Below are positions 1 to 7,847 of a stretch of 43,995 nucleotides of DNA, piece by piece. Position 1 is the first letter of the stretch; each line of letters opens with the position of its first letter. Location: positions 1 to 43,995 of the IMG/VR virus record IMGVR_UViG_3300030100_000511, one strand, 5' to 3'. The position numbers were made by a program, and so were the translations under genes. The notes beneath the pieces were generated by a model that saw only the letters and a list, made by a program, of their open reading frames with translations, was not told the origin of the DNA and made no database searches. The stretch is from a virus (Duplodnaviria > Caudoviricetes).

Positions 1-98
1 CAGCTCGGGGTTCCAGGTAATCCAGACTTCCGACCCCTCTTCGCGCACGGTTGGATTGAGCTTCTGCCAGGCGATTTCACTGACGTTCTCAGCCTCAT
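1..98. repeat. Terminal direct repeat, copy 1 (assembly circularisation overlap)
   Basis: Bases 1-98 are identical to 43897-43994; the last base differs (c99 vs a43995). The terL frame continues across the join. Confidence 0.95.
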
Positions 99-495
99 CA
101 ACCCAGGCCAGCAGGATGCGCGCCTTGGACTTGATGCTATCCAAGTTGTGGCGGAGGCCTGCGAAGGCGTACCACACTCGCCGATTCCGAGTGCGGATGT
201 ACTTCTCGCCGATGTCGAAGTAGTCGTTGAGCCAGTCAACAGATCGAATCGCTTGTTTGACCTCCTCCATTGAGGAGTCTTCCAAGCTGTTCATGTACTC
301 ACGGCCACACAGGATCACGCCGGAGACCTCGGCTTCCGCGAACATGTAGGCCCGAACGGCCGACATGAGGGCGAAGGTCCGCGTCTTGGCGCTGCCCCGT
401 CCGCCATAGGCGCCCCGGTAGCGGATGCTTTCACCTGGCTTGTCCGTGAATACCGGTATCAGCTTCGGCGGTATCTCAAGCGTCGCTGTCGTCAT
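1..495 (-). CDS. terL: Terminase large subunit, N-terminal ATPase part (PBSX/Terminase_3 type); continues at 43896
   Basis: ATG at 495 reads [44 protein letters not shown], with Walker A GGRGSAKT. It overlaps the terS stop and is absent from the ORF track because it runs off the edge. Confidence 0.93.
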   Translation of the reverse strand, partial: MTTATLEIPPKLIPVFTDKPGESIRYRGAYGGRGSAKTRTFALMSAVRAYMFAEAEVSGVILCGREYMNSLEDSSMEEVKQAIRSVDWLNDYFDIGEKYIRTRNRRVWYAFAGLRHNLDSIKSKARILLAWVDEAENVSEIAWQKLNPTVREEGSEVWITWNPEL

Positions 496-952
496 TGGGG
501 GCCACAAGCTGGATGGTGGTCGGCTTTGGCGTCATGCTGCCGTCGCTCGAGGTGTGATCGTGACCATCCTTGAGGCCCAGGTCTCGGGCGATGATGTTGG
601 CGTTGAGCAGGTCAGCGGCGGCACCGGAGAACTTCTGATCTCGAATGATCGACTCTGCTCGCGTGACGACTGCGCAAAAATCATCGTCATCACGCCAGCG
701 GCGCCAGGTCATCGTGTCTATATCAAGGAAGATGCACAGCCCGTCGATGGTCATGGCCCGCATCTTCGGGATAGTCGCCATCACGACTTCCCCCTGATTG
801 TGGAACGCCTTGGACTCCCACAGCGGGTGCTTCTCCACCCAATGGAAATATTCGCAGCAGGCTTCCCAAAGCAGGTCGGCACTGGCGAATAGCTTGTCGC
901 GGCCGTGCTTGGTCCTGGCTTTCCAGAACTGGTTGCCTTTAGGTGCTGCCAT
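476..952 (-). CDS. terS: Terminase small subunit, P22 gp3-like DNA packaging protein
   Basis: [13 protein letters not shown]...[22 protein letters not shown] closely resembles P22 gp3; lies directly upstream of terL. Confidence 0.92.
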   Translation of the reverse strand: MAAPKGNQFWKARTKHGRDKLFASADLLWEACCEYFHWVEKHPLWESKAFHNQGEVVMATIPKMRAMTIDGLCIFLDIDTMTWRRWRDDDDFCAVVTRAESIIRDQKFSGAAADLLNANIIARDLGLKDGHDHTSSDGSMTPKPTTIQLVAPNDDSDA

Positions 953-1105
953 GAGTGCCTCATTGAATAAGCGGTGCTGAGCTCACGGCGGACGGACTTG
1001 CCAGCCACCGTGAGCAATACGGTCACGCAAGCAGGCGCAGTTGCATCTGATCCTCGAGCATGCGGACCTGGATCGTGAGGGGTGGTCAGATTGACCCCCG
1101 TTTGC

Positions 1106-1648
1106 TTATGCCACGTCCAGCTTGAGCATGAAGTAATTGATCTGCTCGTCAGTGCCATTTTCGAGGATGTATTTGATTTCCTCCGCTCTACCTTGCATCC
1201 CTAACCGAAGGCATTCTTCATATGCGCAACAAAGAAGAGAACGGTACATCCCGGAGGAGCTGGCTATTTCATGGAAGTCTTGGTCAGTCGGCGTGAGTTT
1301 TTTATCGGGCGAATTTGACGCCGCTCTGAGGAGGGCTTCCTTAACGTCCTCAATTTCAATACAAGAAAAAACTTCCTTGCCTCGCTTTTCTGCGGCACTG
1401 CTAACTGCGCGAAGAGCGTCGGATTCTGCTTTGGCAAGATCTCGACCCTCTGGAACTTGGATGAAAATGGCATCTACGACCAAATCATCCATCAGACCAT
1501 GGTTGAGAAGCTGGTTTAGTCTTCTTTCGGCATTTGATGCCCTACCGATCTTCATCAATCCATGACTGAATGTGATGCAGTACAAGCACTGATGACTTCC
1601 AATTTCTCTTGCTTTACGCCTGGCATCGTCTAAAGCAACGTTGCTCAT
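1106..1648 (-). CDS. T5orf172/MUG113 (GIY-YIG-like) domain protein, moron-like
   Basis: LYCI...LMKIGRASNAERRLNQL...AE...KEVF pattern; lower GC than the flanks; SD TAAGGA upstream. Confidence 0.65.
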   Translation of the reverse strand: MSNVALDDARRKAREIGSHQCLYCITFSHGLMKIGRASNAERRLNQLLNHGLMDDLVVDAIFIQVPEGRDLAKAESDALRAVSSAAEKRGKEVFSCIEIEDVKEALLRAASNSPDKKLTPTDQDFHEIASSSGMYRSLLCCAYEECLRLGMQGRAEEIKYILENGTDEQINYFMLKLDVA

Positions 1649-1780
1649 GATGTGTCGTCCTTATGGCGATGAGCCTAGAGTTCACACGGGTACTGACAGC
1701 CCACAGAGGCGACACACTGCCGTCCCCAATAGACTCATCCCGTAAGGCTCTGTGGTTTGTGCGTCGTGTGAAGGACGCAG
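1649..1780 (-). ncRNA. Putative cis-regulatory structured RNA leader of the T5orf172-like gene
   Basis: Six complementary segment pairs including pseudoknots; the SD is inside a long stem (see findings). Confidence 0.6.
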
Positions 1781-1784
1781 GTAC

Positions 1785-1812
1785 AAAAAAGCCCCGGCGG
1801 GCGCCAGGGCTT
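1785..1812 (-). terminator. Rho-independent terminator
   Basis: AAGCCCTGGCG-CCC-GCCGGGGC followed by T6 on the minus strand. Confidence 0.75.
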
Positions 1813-2013
1813 GGATGGTTCTGTTTACTTGACGCAAGGCGAATATATCGCCGGGGATTTATCCGTCATCCGCTGTCGGTGTAGTGGATTGCTCAACACG
1901 ACAGACTGAATAGGGCCCTTGGGAGCTTTCTCCGAAGGGCGGTCACCGGGTGAATCGTCTATCGACGCCGGGCCTTGGTAGCCAGGGGATCACCTTCCTG
2001 CGGCTGTGGGTGT

Positions 2014-2292
2014 TCAGTCGAATCGGAAGCTCAGCGATCGCATAGCCAGGCGGTACCATGCTGGCAATCTGCTCACCGCGACATCAGGTGCAAGCCATGG
2101 TCTGAACCAAAATCCAGTGCATGAGTATCCGGTTTCGGTTTTGCGTGGGGTGAACAGACCAATGTGGCTGCCGGACCATCCTCGAATAAGGCCGGGCAAC
2201 AGGAAGATTGCTGTGTAGCGAATCTGTATTCGAAGCGGCGAGCCTTTACATTGCCCACTCATCACGTTCCTGTGAATTCTGAATAGCTTCAT
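2014..2292 (-). CDS. Small basic hypothetical protein at the end of the lysis cassette
   Basis: SD GAGGTG; starts 4 nt after the upstream stop. Confidence 0.5.
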   Translation of the reverse strand: MKLFRIHRNVMSGQCKGSPLRIQIRYTAIFLLPGLIRGWSGSHIGLFTPRKTETGYSCTGFWFRPWLAPDVAVSRLPAWYRLAMRSLSFRFD

Positions 2293-2295
2293 CTC

Positions 2296-2883
2296 TCACC
2301 TCGTCTTGATCGCGTCCATGAACGTGCGGGGCGCTCGGTTTTCTTGCCGCTGTCGGCTGCCGAGGAAAAATCCCATCACGCTGCTGACCAGGCCTGCTGC
2401 GATGCCTGTCACCGCAATATCGGCATACCGCTCTCCGGTAGGCGTCAGCTCTACGAACGTCACTGCGCCGATGTAGGCGAACACAGCGACAATCACTAGA
2501 GTGCCGAGCAGGTACACGAAGTTGCGTGCCAGCCAACCTGCGTTATCAGCCTGAAGCGTGGCGACCTGCATCGCCCTGGCATCCTGACGGTCATGCAGAT
2601 AGAGGCGCGTCAGCTCGATGTCGAGTTCGCGCAGCTTGATCTTGGCTGCCTGTGGATCAGCCTGCACCTTGCTCACTACCGCTTGCGGCGCGACCTCAGT
2701 GCCCAAAGCGTCAGCGACGCGCTTACCCAGAGCAGCACCGACCAGCCCACCAGCACCAGGTACAACGGCATTGCCAGCCGCTGTAGCGGCAACCTGCGCC
2801 ACGCCAGGGGCAGCCTCTTTGAGCGCTTGGCCCACGCTCGGTGCGATCTCTGATAGGAATCCACCAACGTCGCTCCAGTTCAT
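2296..2883 (-). CDS. Holin-like membrane protein (two C-terminal TM helices)
   Basis: Start MNWSDVGG with SD GAGG; DRQDARAMQ motif, two hydrophobic helices and a GFFLGS ending typical of lysis-cassette membrane proteins. Confidence 0.6.
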   Translation of the reverse strand: MNWSDVGGFLSEIAPSVGQALKEAAPGVAQVAATAAGNAVVPGAGGLVGAALGKRVADALGTEVAPQAVVSKVQADPQAAKIKLRELDIELTRLYLHDRQDARAMQVATLQADNAGWLARNFVYLLGTLVIVAVFAYIGAVTFVELTPTGERYADIAVTGIAAGLVSSVMGFFLGSRQRQENRAPRTFMDAIKTR

Positions 2884-2890
2884 GCTTGCC

Positions 2891-3331
2891 TCATTCGCCG
2901 CTGTATAGCGACGTGATAGCAGGGAAGCGTCCGCATTCATGCCGGACGATGCCCCGGGTGTCGGGTAGTTGGTCAGGTGGAACGCCAACGATCAGTGCCT
3001 GCCAGTGCTGCACGCCTTCACCGCGGATCATCGGAGCATCCTTGAAGAAGGCGTCGACCTTCACGTCCATGCCGGACTGACCCTCGAGCGCCCACTCGAC
3101 GCCTCGGAAGCTGCACTCCCGATTCTTGACTGCCGAACCGCTCACGATCGTGGCAGGGCGGCCCAGGTATTCCGACTCGGTCAGGCTCTCGATCTGCATC
3201 TCTGTGACCACTGGGAGCACTGACCCATGGAGTCGTGCAGCGGTGTCTGTCTGCGAGAACAGCCCAAGCCAGCCCAGGGCCAGGAAAAAGGCGGGCCAGC
3301 TCAGGGCCCAGCGTGCTATCCGGTAAGCCAT
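2891..3331 (-). CDS. Membrane-anchored hypothetical protein in the lysis cassette
   Basis: Start MAYRIARW with SD GAGGAG; N-terminal TM segment, then a soluble domain with two Cys. Confidence 0.55.
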   Translation of the reverse strand: MAYRIARWALSWPAFFLALGWLGLFSQTDTAARLHGSVLPVVTEMQIESLTESEYLGRPATIVSGSAVKNRECSFRGVEWALEGQSGMDVKVDAFFKDAPMIRGEGVQHWQALIVGVPPDQLPDTRGIVRHECGRFPAITSLYSGE

Positions 3332-3546
3332 TTGCGTATCTCCTCGGCTACGGTCTTCCATGCCATCAGAGCGCCCGCAAGACTGGCCAGGATCATCGTC
3401 ACCCACTTGGCGGCCCAGCCGAGGGACTTCCAGCCGCGATAGGCTCGCAGCACCTCGTGGATCAGGGCGACGTCTTGTTCTGAAAACTGGGGGTCAGTGC
3501 AGACGCGGCGCTCCAGCCTTTCGAGAGGATCGTCTTGTTCAGCCAT
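3316..3546 (-). CDS. Small holin/antiholin-like single-TM protein
   Basis: MAEQDDPLERLE...WAAKWVTMILASLAGALMAW; immediately downstream of the endolysin. Confidence 0.5.
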   Translation of the reverse strand: MAEQDDPLERLERRVCTDPQFSEQDVALIHEVLRAYRGWKSLGWAAKWVTMILASLAGALMAWKTVAEEIRKWLTG

Positions 3547-3607
3547 AGGAACTCTCGGGCTGGTGTGTTTTCCGCTTTCGCGGTCTGCGTATTCGTAAAG
3601 GGGTAGA

Positions 3608-4111
3608 TCAGGGCCGCGAGACTCTGACGGTCTCATCAAGCCAGTGAAACTGGACGCTCTCAGGCGTCAGGAATAGATCGCGCTCAGCCTTGCGGCGCCG
3701 GGTCAGCCCAGCCAGTACGCGGCCGCCGGCTTTGTTCCAGCGCGGCATCTCGTCGGCGGCGCCACGGTAGTCGCAGGCATTCAACTTGCGCAGCAGGGTG
3801 GAGGTCTCGAGGGCGCCAGGCCCGACGTTGTAGGTGAACGAGACCAGAGCGTCGAACTGGTTCTGGTTGAGCGGCACAGCAACCAGGCGCTCGACGTCTT
3901 CCTCGAACCGGGCAACGTCATGGCGGAGCAGGGCGAACGCCTCATCCTCGGTGATCGTGTCTCCGGGCTGTACGCGGGAGCCATCGGGGTACCGGGTCGT
4001 GCCCAGGCCGATGGTCCAGGGATGGCCGCCAGTGCCAGGATCTGGATATGACTCAAGCTCGAGGCCCTCGAACTCGGCGACCAGGTTCAGTCCGCGCTGG
4101 CTGGTCTTCAT
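3608..4111 (-). CDS. Endolysin, GH24 phage lysozyme
   Basis: Start MKTSQRGLNLVAEFEG with SD GAGG; E-x8-D-x7-T-like catalytic region, NQNQFDALVSFTYNVG and GLTRRRKAE. Confidence 0.95.
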   Translation of the reverse strand: MKTSQRGLNLVAEFEGLELESYPDPGTGGHPWTIGLGTTRYPDGSRVQPGDTITEDEAFALLRHDVARFEEDVERLVAVPLNQNQFDALVSFTYNVGPGALETSTLLRKLNACDYRGAADEMPRWNKAGGRVLAGLTRRRKAERDLFLTPESVQFHWLDETVRVSRP

Positions 4112-4270
4112 GGCGACACCTCGGGGAATAAAACAGCCCGCAGGAACGGGCAAAGACACCAGGTGGCGGCGTCATCACGGGAAAGGGTGCCGCCCACTCG
4201 ATGGCGAGGGACAGGGCTCGCGGGACGGCATAACGAACTACGCCCCGGCGGGAGGCCAGGGCGCAGGATG

Positions 4271-4345
4271 TGGTGGGCCACCGGGTTTCGAACCCTGCCC
4301 CTCCGGTTATGAGCCGGACGCTCTCGCCAAGTGAGCTAGAGGCCC
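4271..4345 (-). tRNA. tRNA with CAU anticodon (probably Ile2/lysidine type), CCA encoded, slightly irregular
   Basis: GGGCCTC TA GCTC ACTTGGCGA GAGC G TCCGG CTCATAA CCGGA GGGG CAGGG TTCGAAA CCCG GTGGCCC A CCA. Confidence 0.85.
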
Positions 4346-4350
4346 AACGA

Positions 4351-4379
4351 AAAAGCCCCGCCGGTGAGGGCGAGGCTTT
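4351..4379 (-). terminator. tR'-like terminator downstream of the late promoter
   Basis: AAAGCCTCGCC-CTCACC-GGCGGGGCTTTT between the Q-like gene and the tRNA. Confidence 0.75.
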
Positions 4380-4457
4380 GAGATGTGGTAGCTGTTTGGG
4401 CGTACGCCGTCCAGCTTACAGATAACGTACAACATCGGGGCTTAGAAATCCAGCACT
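4380..4457 (-). promoter_or_regulatory. Putative late promoter (PR'-like) region
   Basis: Position just downstream of the Q-like gene and before a terminator; weak CTGGAT-18-TACGTT match. Confidence 0.35.
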
Positions 4458-5072
4458 TTATGCAGCCTTCCTGATATTTCTCACCATATCGCCGATCGTC
4501 TCGCTGATTGGCTCCATGGCTTCGCCCTCCCAGTGGTTGATCGACGCCTGGATCACGGACCACACCGGCATCCAGTCTTGGTGCCACTTCCGGGTGGTGA
4601 TCGCCACGCCGTACCACTCGGCCATAGTGGCGCCGATACGCTCAGGGCCCCATGCCGGCTGCTCGTTCGACAGATTGCGCTGCCGCTCCAGTAGGGCGAC
4701 GTGGATCAGGTAGTGCACGCGCTCTTTCTTCGCGGGGCGCCAGGCTCGACCATCGCCCCAGTTCGGAATGCTGGCGATCACCTTGCCCTCGACGGCTTCC
4801 ACAGCGTCATCCAGATAGGCATTCGCCTGCTCGGTCGAGGGATGGCACAGCACATGCCCGATTGCAGCCAGGGTGGGCTGCTCACGCTCCAGGCGGCAGA
4901 TGCGGGCGTAGACCGGCCCGTACTCAATGCCGTGGGCAGCGCCGGTACCACCCTTCTTGGTGAACTGCACGCCGCCACCGCTTTCCAGCTCCTCGAGGAT
5001 GGGGCCCATCTGAGAGCGAACACCGGTATCGAGTGCCATGGCCCATGCCAGTTTCGGATCAGTCGTAATCAT
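4458..5072 (-). CDS. Probable late antiterminator (Q-like)
   Basis: Start MITTDPK (ATGA overlap). Last gene of the nin region, before terminator/tRNA/lysis; C-terminal helical W-rich segment. Assignment is mainly positional. Confidence 0.55.
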   Translation of the reverse strand: MITTDPKLAWAMALDTGVRSQMGPILEELESGGGVQFTKKGGTGAAHGIEYGPVYARICRLEREQPTLAAIGHVLCHPSTEQANAYLDDAVEAVEGKVIASIPNWGDGRAWRPAKKERVHYLIHVALLERQRNLSNEQPAWGPERIGATMAEWYGVAITTRKWHQDWMPVWSVIQASINHWEGEAMEPISETIGDMVRNIRKAA

Positions 5073-5242
5073 GCCGCGCTCTCCCGTTTTGCTCGTGCCT
5101 TGGCCTCGTCGGCGGTGCCGCAGATGCCGATTGCTTCTGATTGCCGCCACAGGGTGAAAAGATCCTTCCCTTCATGGCGTGTCCTGCTGATCGTCCACTC
5201 GCCGCTCTGGATGCTGTGCGAGCTGCGCCGTGACCACTTCAC
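5069..5242 (-). CDS. Small hypothetical protein
   Basis: GTG start MKWSRRSSHSIQSGEWTISR; stop overlaps the Q-like start. Confidence 0.5.
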   Translation of the reverse strand: MKWSRRSSHSIQSGEWTISRTRHEGKDLFTLWRQSEAIGICGTADEAKARAKRESAA

Positions 5243-5306
5243 GACCGGCGCCTCGGGTCGTTGTGGTGGTAGCGCCGATCTGGCGGGCGCTCGGATTGCT
5301 TGTCGC

Positions 5307-5648
5307 TCACTCGAACACCTCCTCACTCCAGCCGCCGCCATCCTTCTTGCGGCGCTTCATGACCGCGATGAACCGGAAGGGGTAGAGGTCGGCGGCGATC
5401 TTGATCTTTGCCCGGGCATCGTCCCGCCAGAAGCCCTTGACCTCGTGACACTCCATCAGCCCATCAGCTCGCATTACCGCGAAGTCGGGTGAGTAGAAGG
5501 TGTTGTCTGCGAGGCGCAGCTTGAGCCCTTCGAAGCGGTACCAGGCAATCTCGCCGGCGACGCGCTGCTGTTCGAGCAGGGCGGCATAGGCCGCCTCTGT
5601 CTGGTTCATCCTTCCGGCCTTCATGCGGCCCAGGGCTAGATCGCTCAT
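5307..5648 (-). CDS. DUF1064-like PD-(D/E)XK endonuclease
   Basis: MNQTEAAY...YSPDFAV...HEVKG motif. Confidence 0.8.
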   Translation of the reverse strand: MSDLALGRMKAGRMNQTEAAYAALLEQQRVAGEIAWYRFEGLKLRLADNTFYSPDFAVMRADGLMECHEVKGFWRDDARAKIKIAADLYPFRFIAVMKRRKKDGGGWSEEVFE

Positions 5649-5947
5649 TGCTCCAGCTCCTGGGCGCGCTTGGCGCTCGCCACGATGTCGGCCAGATCCT
5701 GCTCGCGGGTCTTGTGGCCCCGTTCGCCGGGCTGCAATGCCTTCTTGATCAGGTGTTGCAGCGCTGGATTGTCGACGGCCCAGGCGGCGAGGACGTCGTA
5801 GACATCAACCCACACGCCAGGCTTGATCTCGCGGTGGTACTTGTTGCGCGGCTCCTCATCACCCATGCGGATTGGCCGGGCCAGATCCCTGACGCTGACG
5901 AGCGTCTCCTCGTGGCGGAGCAGGGCGTTGTCGATGTGGTCAGCCAT
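5645..5947 (-). CDS. Hypothetical protein (DUF3310-like C-terminus)
   Basis: VDVYDVL...HLIKKAL..G.RGHK...QDL motif; overlapping start and stop codons with neighbours. Confidence 0.6.
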   Translation of the reverse strand: MADHIDNALLRHEETLVSVRDLARPIRMGDEEPRNKYHREIKPGVWVDVYDVLAAWAVDNPALQHLIKKALQPGERGHKTREQDLADIVASAKRAQELEQ

Positions 5948-6275
5948 GGGCATCCTCCAGCTTCTTGATTCGCTCGCGCAGACGTTCGTTTGCTTCAATC
6001 AGCTGGGCAACCTCTTTCCCATGCCGGTCCCTGGCGCGGCTGGCGTCCTCTTTCCACGCCTCAACAGCTTCCTTCCAGCGCTCAATCTCCAGGGCGTGCG
6101 CCTCGCTGCTGCACGCCATGTTCACGATATTGACCAGGCTTTCAGCGAACTCGCGCCACTCATTGGCCAGGACCATCCTGCCCAGACTGTCTCTGATATC
6201 GTGCCGCTGCTCGCCCGTTTGAGCCCGGTAGCTGTCGACGCTCCAGGGCACGGGATGAAGCTCTTCGTGATTCAC
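5940..6275 (-). CDS. Hypothetical protein with coiled-coil C-terminus
   Basis: GTG start overlapping the upstream TGA; heptad-rich C-terminus. Confidence 0.55.
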   Translation of the reverse strand: MNHEELHPVPWSVDSYRAQTGEQRHDIRDSLGRMVLANEWREFAESLVNIVNMACSSEAHALEIERWKEAVEAWKEDASRARDRHGKEVAQLIEANERLRERIKKLEDAHG

Positions 6276-6727
6276 TTGGCATCCTCCTTGGCGGCGATGA
6301 ACTCGAGGGCGTCGGCCAGGGCGCCGACGATGGGCTCGTCTGTGAAGTGGTCGAGACCACGGTTGGTGGTGTCGAGGAGCCACCGGGGCTGTCGGGCCTG
6401 CATCTCGGGGCTGGCATGGATCGCCTGATGGCACTCCCGGCAGGCGGGCATGGCGAAACTGTCCGGGGCTGTGGTGCCCATGCCAGACAGGCCCCAATGC
6501 AGCCCGATACAGTGATGGGCGTCCGTGGCAGGGCCGCCGCACGCACAGCAGGGCAGAGACCGGACGAACGCCAAATATGTAGGGCTACGCCACCGTTTGC
6601 TGTTCACGCGCGAAACACTACGGTGCTTGTCGCTCGCGGATGCCTGCTTTGTTGACGACAAACGCTTACGGGCCATCGGCGCCCGGTTGCGAAGCGGTGT
6701 CTTCCGCTGGAGGGCTGATCTCCTCAC
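6272..6727 (-). CDS. DUF968-family (HNH-like Zn-binding) protein
   Basis: WRSPTYLAFVRSLPCCACG..DAHH...PACRECH. Confidence 0.8.
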   Translation of the reverse strand: MRRSALQRKTPLRNRAPMARKRLSSTKQASASDKHRSVSRVNSKRWRSPTYLAFVRSLPCCACGGPATDAHHCIGLHWGLSGMGTTAPDSFAMPACRECHQAIHASPEMQARQPRWLLDTTNRGLDHFTDEPIVGALADALEFIAAKEDAK

Positions 6728-6873
6728 GAATCCCTCCTGTCGATCTGCTCCAGAAAGCTGCGCATCTCCTCGCGGGCCCGGCGCTTCTCCTCGCGCTGCG
6801 CCCACGCCAAGGCTGCGCAGGCGCCGAGGCAGGACACGATGGCGAAGGCGAATAGGGCGAATGTCGGGTTCAT
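6724..6873 (-). CDS. Small membrane protein
   Basis: MNPTFALFAFAIVSCLGACAALAW plus charged tail; ATGA/GTGA coupled. Confidence 0.5.
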   Translation of the reverse strand: MNPTFALFAFAIVSCLGACAALAWAQREEKRRAREEMRSFLEQIDRRDS

Positions 6874-7073
6874 GCGGTTTCCCCAAACAGGTCGAATTGC
6901 TCCTCGCGGGCTGGCCGATCGATCTCGCCGTTCATCCAGCGCTCCCAAGTCTTCTGCTCGATCAGCTGGCCCTGGTATTCATGGCCCCTGCATGTATGAC
7001 AGAAGGTGTGACGCCGATCCTTCTGGCTGAAATCGCTTGTATTGCTCGATCCACATAACGCGCATCCGTTCAT
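6870..7073 (-). CDS. Small zinc-ribbon protein
   Basis: MNGCALCG...FCHTC; ATGA coupled to ninB. Confidence 0.55.
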   Translation of the reverse strand: MNGCALCGSSNTSDFSQKDRRHTFCHTCRGHEYQGQLIEQKTWERWMNGEIDRPAREEQFDLFGETA

Positions 7074-7510
7074 GCTGCCTCCCGGTATTCGTCGAACACA
7101 CGCAGGGCGGGATCGCTCCACTGGACGCCGTGATCGGTCCCGAAGGCGTCGATCAGGGTCAGCAGGTCGGCGAAACGCTGCTTGGTCATCTTCGAGGTGC
7201 GGCCGCCGATCATGACGAAGCCGCCTTCCAGTCCCGGCACCACGTCCTGGCGCTCCAGGGCAGCGCTGAAGATGTCCTTCCAGGCCTCCTTGGAAAGGTA
7301 CCGGCCATACCACTCAACCTGCCGGCTGACGTCGGACAGCACGGCCCACAGACGGCGGTTCTGGTCGAGGCTCCGCTGGTTCTTGGGCCGGCGAAGCACC
7401 AGCTCGACAGGGCCTGCCTCCAGGCCCCGGCCAGCCATTCGGGCCGCCATCTGGATGACGCCGCCCAGGTCCCGCAGGGTGGCGATCTGGTAGGTCAGTT
7501 CCCGGCTCAT
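7070..7510 (-). CDS. ninB: NinB/YbcN recombination protein
   Basis: RSLDQNRRLWAVLSDVSRQVEWYG...WK...GGRTSKM. Confidence 0.9.
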   Translation of the reverse strand: MSRELTYQIATLRDLGGVIQMAARMAGRGLEAGPVELVLRRPKNQRSLDQNRRLWAVLSDVSRQVEWYGRYLSKEAWKDIFSAALERQDVVPGLEGGFVMIGGRTSKMTKQRFADLLTLIDAFGTDHGVQWSDPALRVFDEYREAA

Positions 7511-7767
7511 GCGCTCACCTCCTCGTCTTCCCGCTCCTCGGTGGTGACGTGCTCGTCGCCGTCGATGCGCATCAGGAATCTTTCAGGACAGAGCGGGAGC
7601 TTCCCTCCTTCCGGTGATGCGGACAGCTCCCATGAGTCGCTCGAGAACTTATAGCCGGTGCGAAATATGTCGCCTTCGCTGTAGCGGCGCAGAGCGGTGG
7701 CGGAGAACCCGAAATACTTGTGGTGGGTGACCATCACCAGGCACCCCGGCTCGATTGGCTTGCTCAT
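7507..7767 (-). CDS. Hypothetical protein (paralogue of 7844..8140)
   Basis: IEPGCLVMV...PERFLMRIDGDE. Confidence 0.65.
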   Translation of the reverse strand: MSKPIEPGCLVMVTHHKYFGFSATALRRYSEGDIFRTGYKFSSDSWELSASPEGGKLPLCPERFLMRIDGDEHVTTEEREDEEVSA

Positions 7768-7847
7768 CCCTTACCTCCCGCGATCACTGCCAGGGTGAGA
7801 ACGCCCAGGGAGGCCCCAATGAACAGGCCGATCAGAAATAGGGTCAT
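7764..7847 (-). CDS. 27-aa hydrophobic peptide
   Basis: MTLFLIGLFIGASLGVLTLAVIAGGKG; ATGA overlaps at both ends; not in the ORF track. Confidence 0.6.
   Translation of the reverse strand: MTLFLIGLFIGASLGVLTLAVIAGGKG

Noticed and set aside
1-98. Terminal repeat as a biological direct terminal repeat
   Set aside because: The length (about 99) matches an assembler k-mer overlap and it falls mid-terL. A P22-like terminase implies headful packaging.
4160-4270. HDV-like (theta) ribozyme downstream of the tRNA
   Set aside because: Only simple nested hairpins are present, I could not build the double pseudoknot, and the tRNA already encodes CCA.
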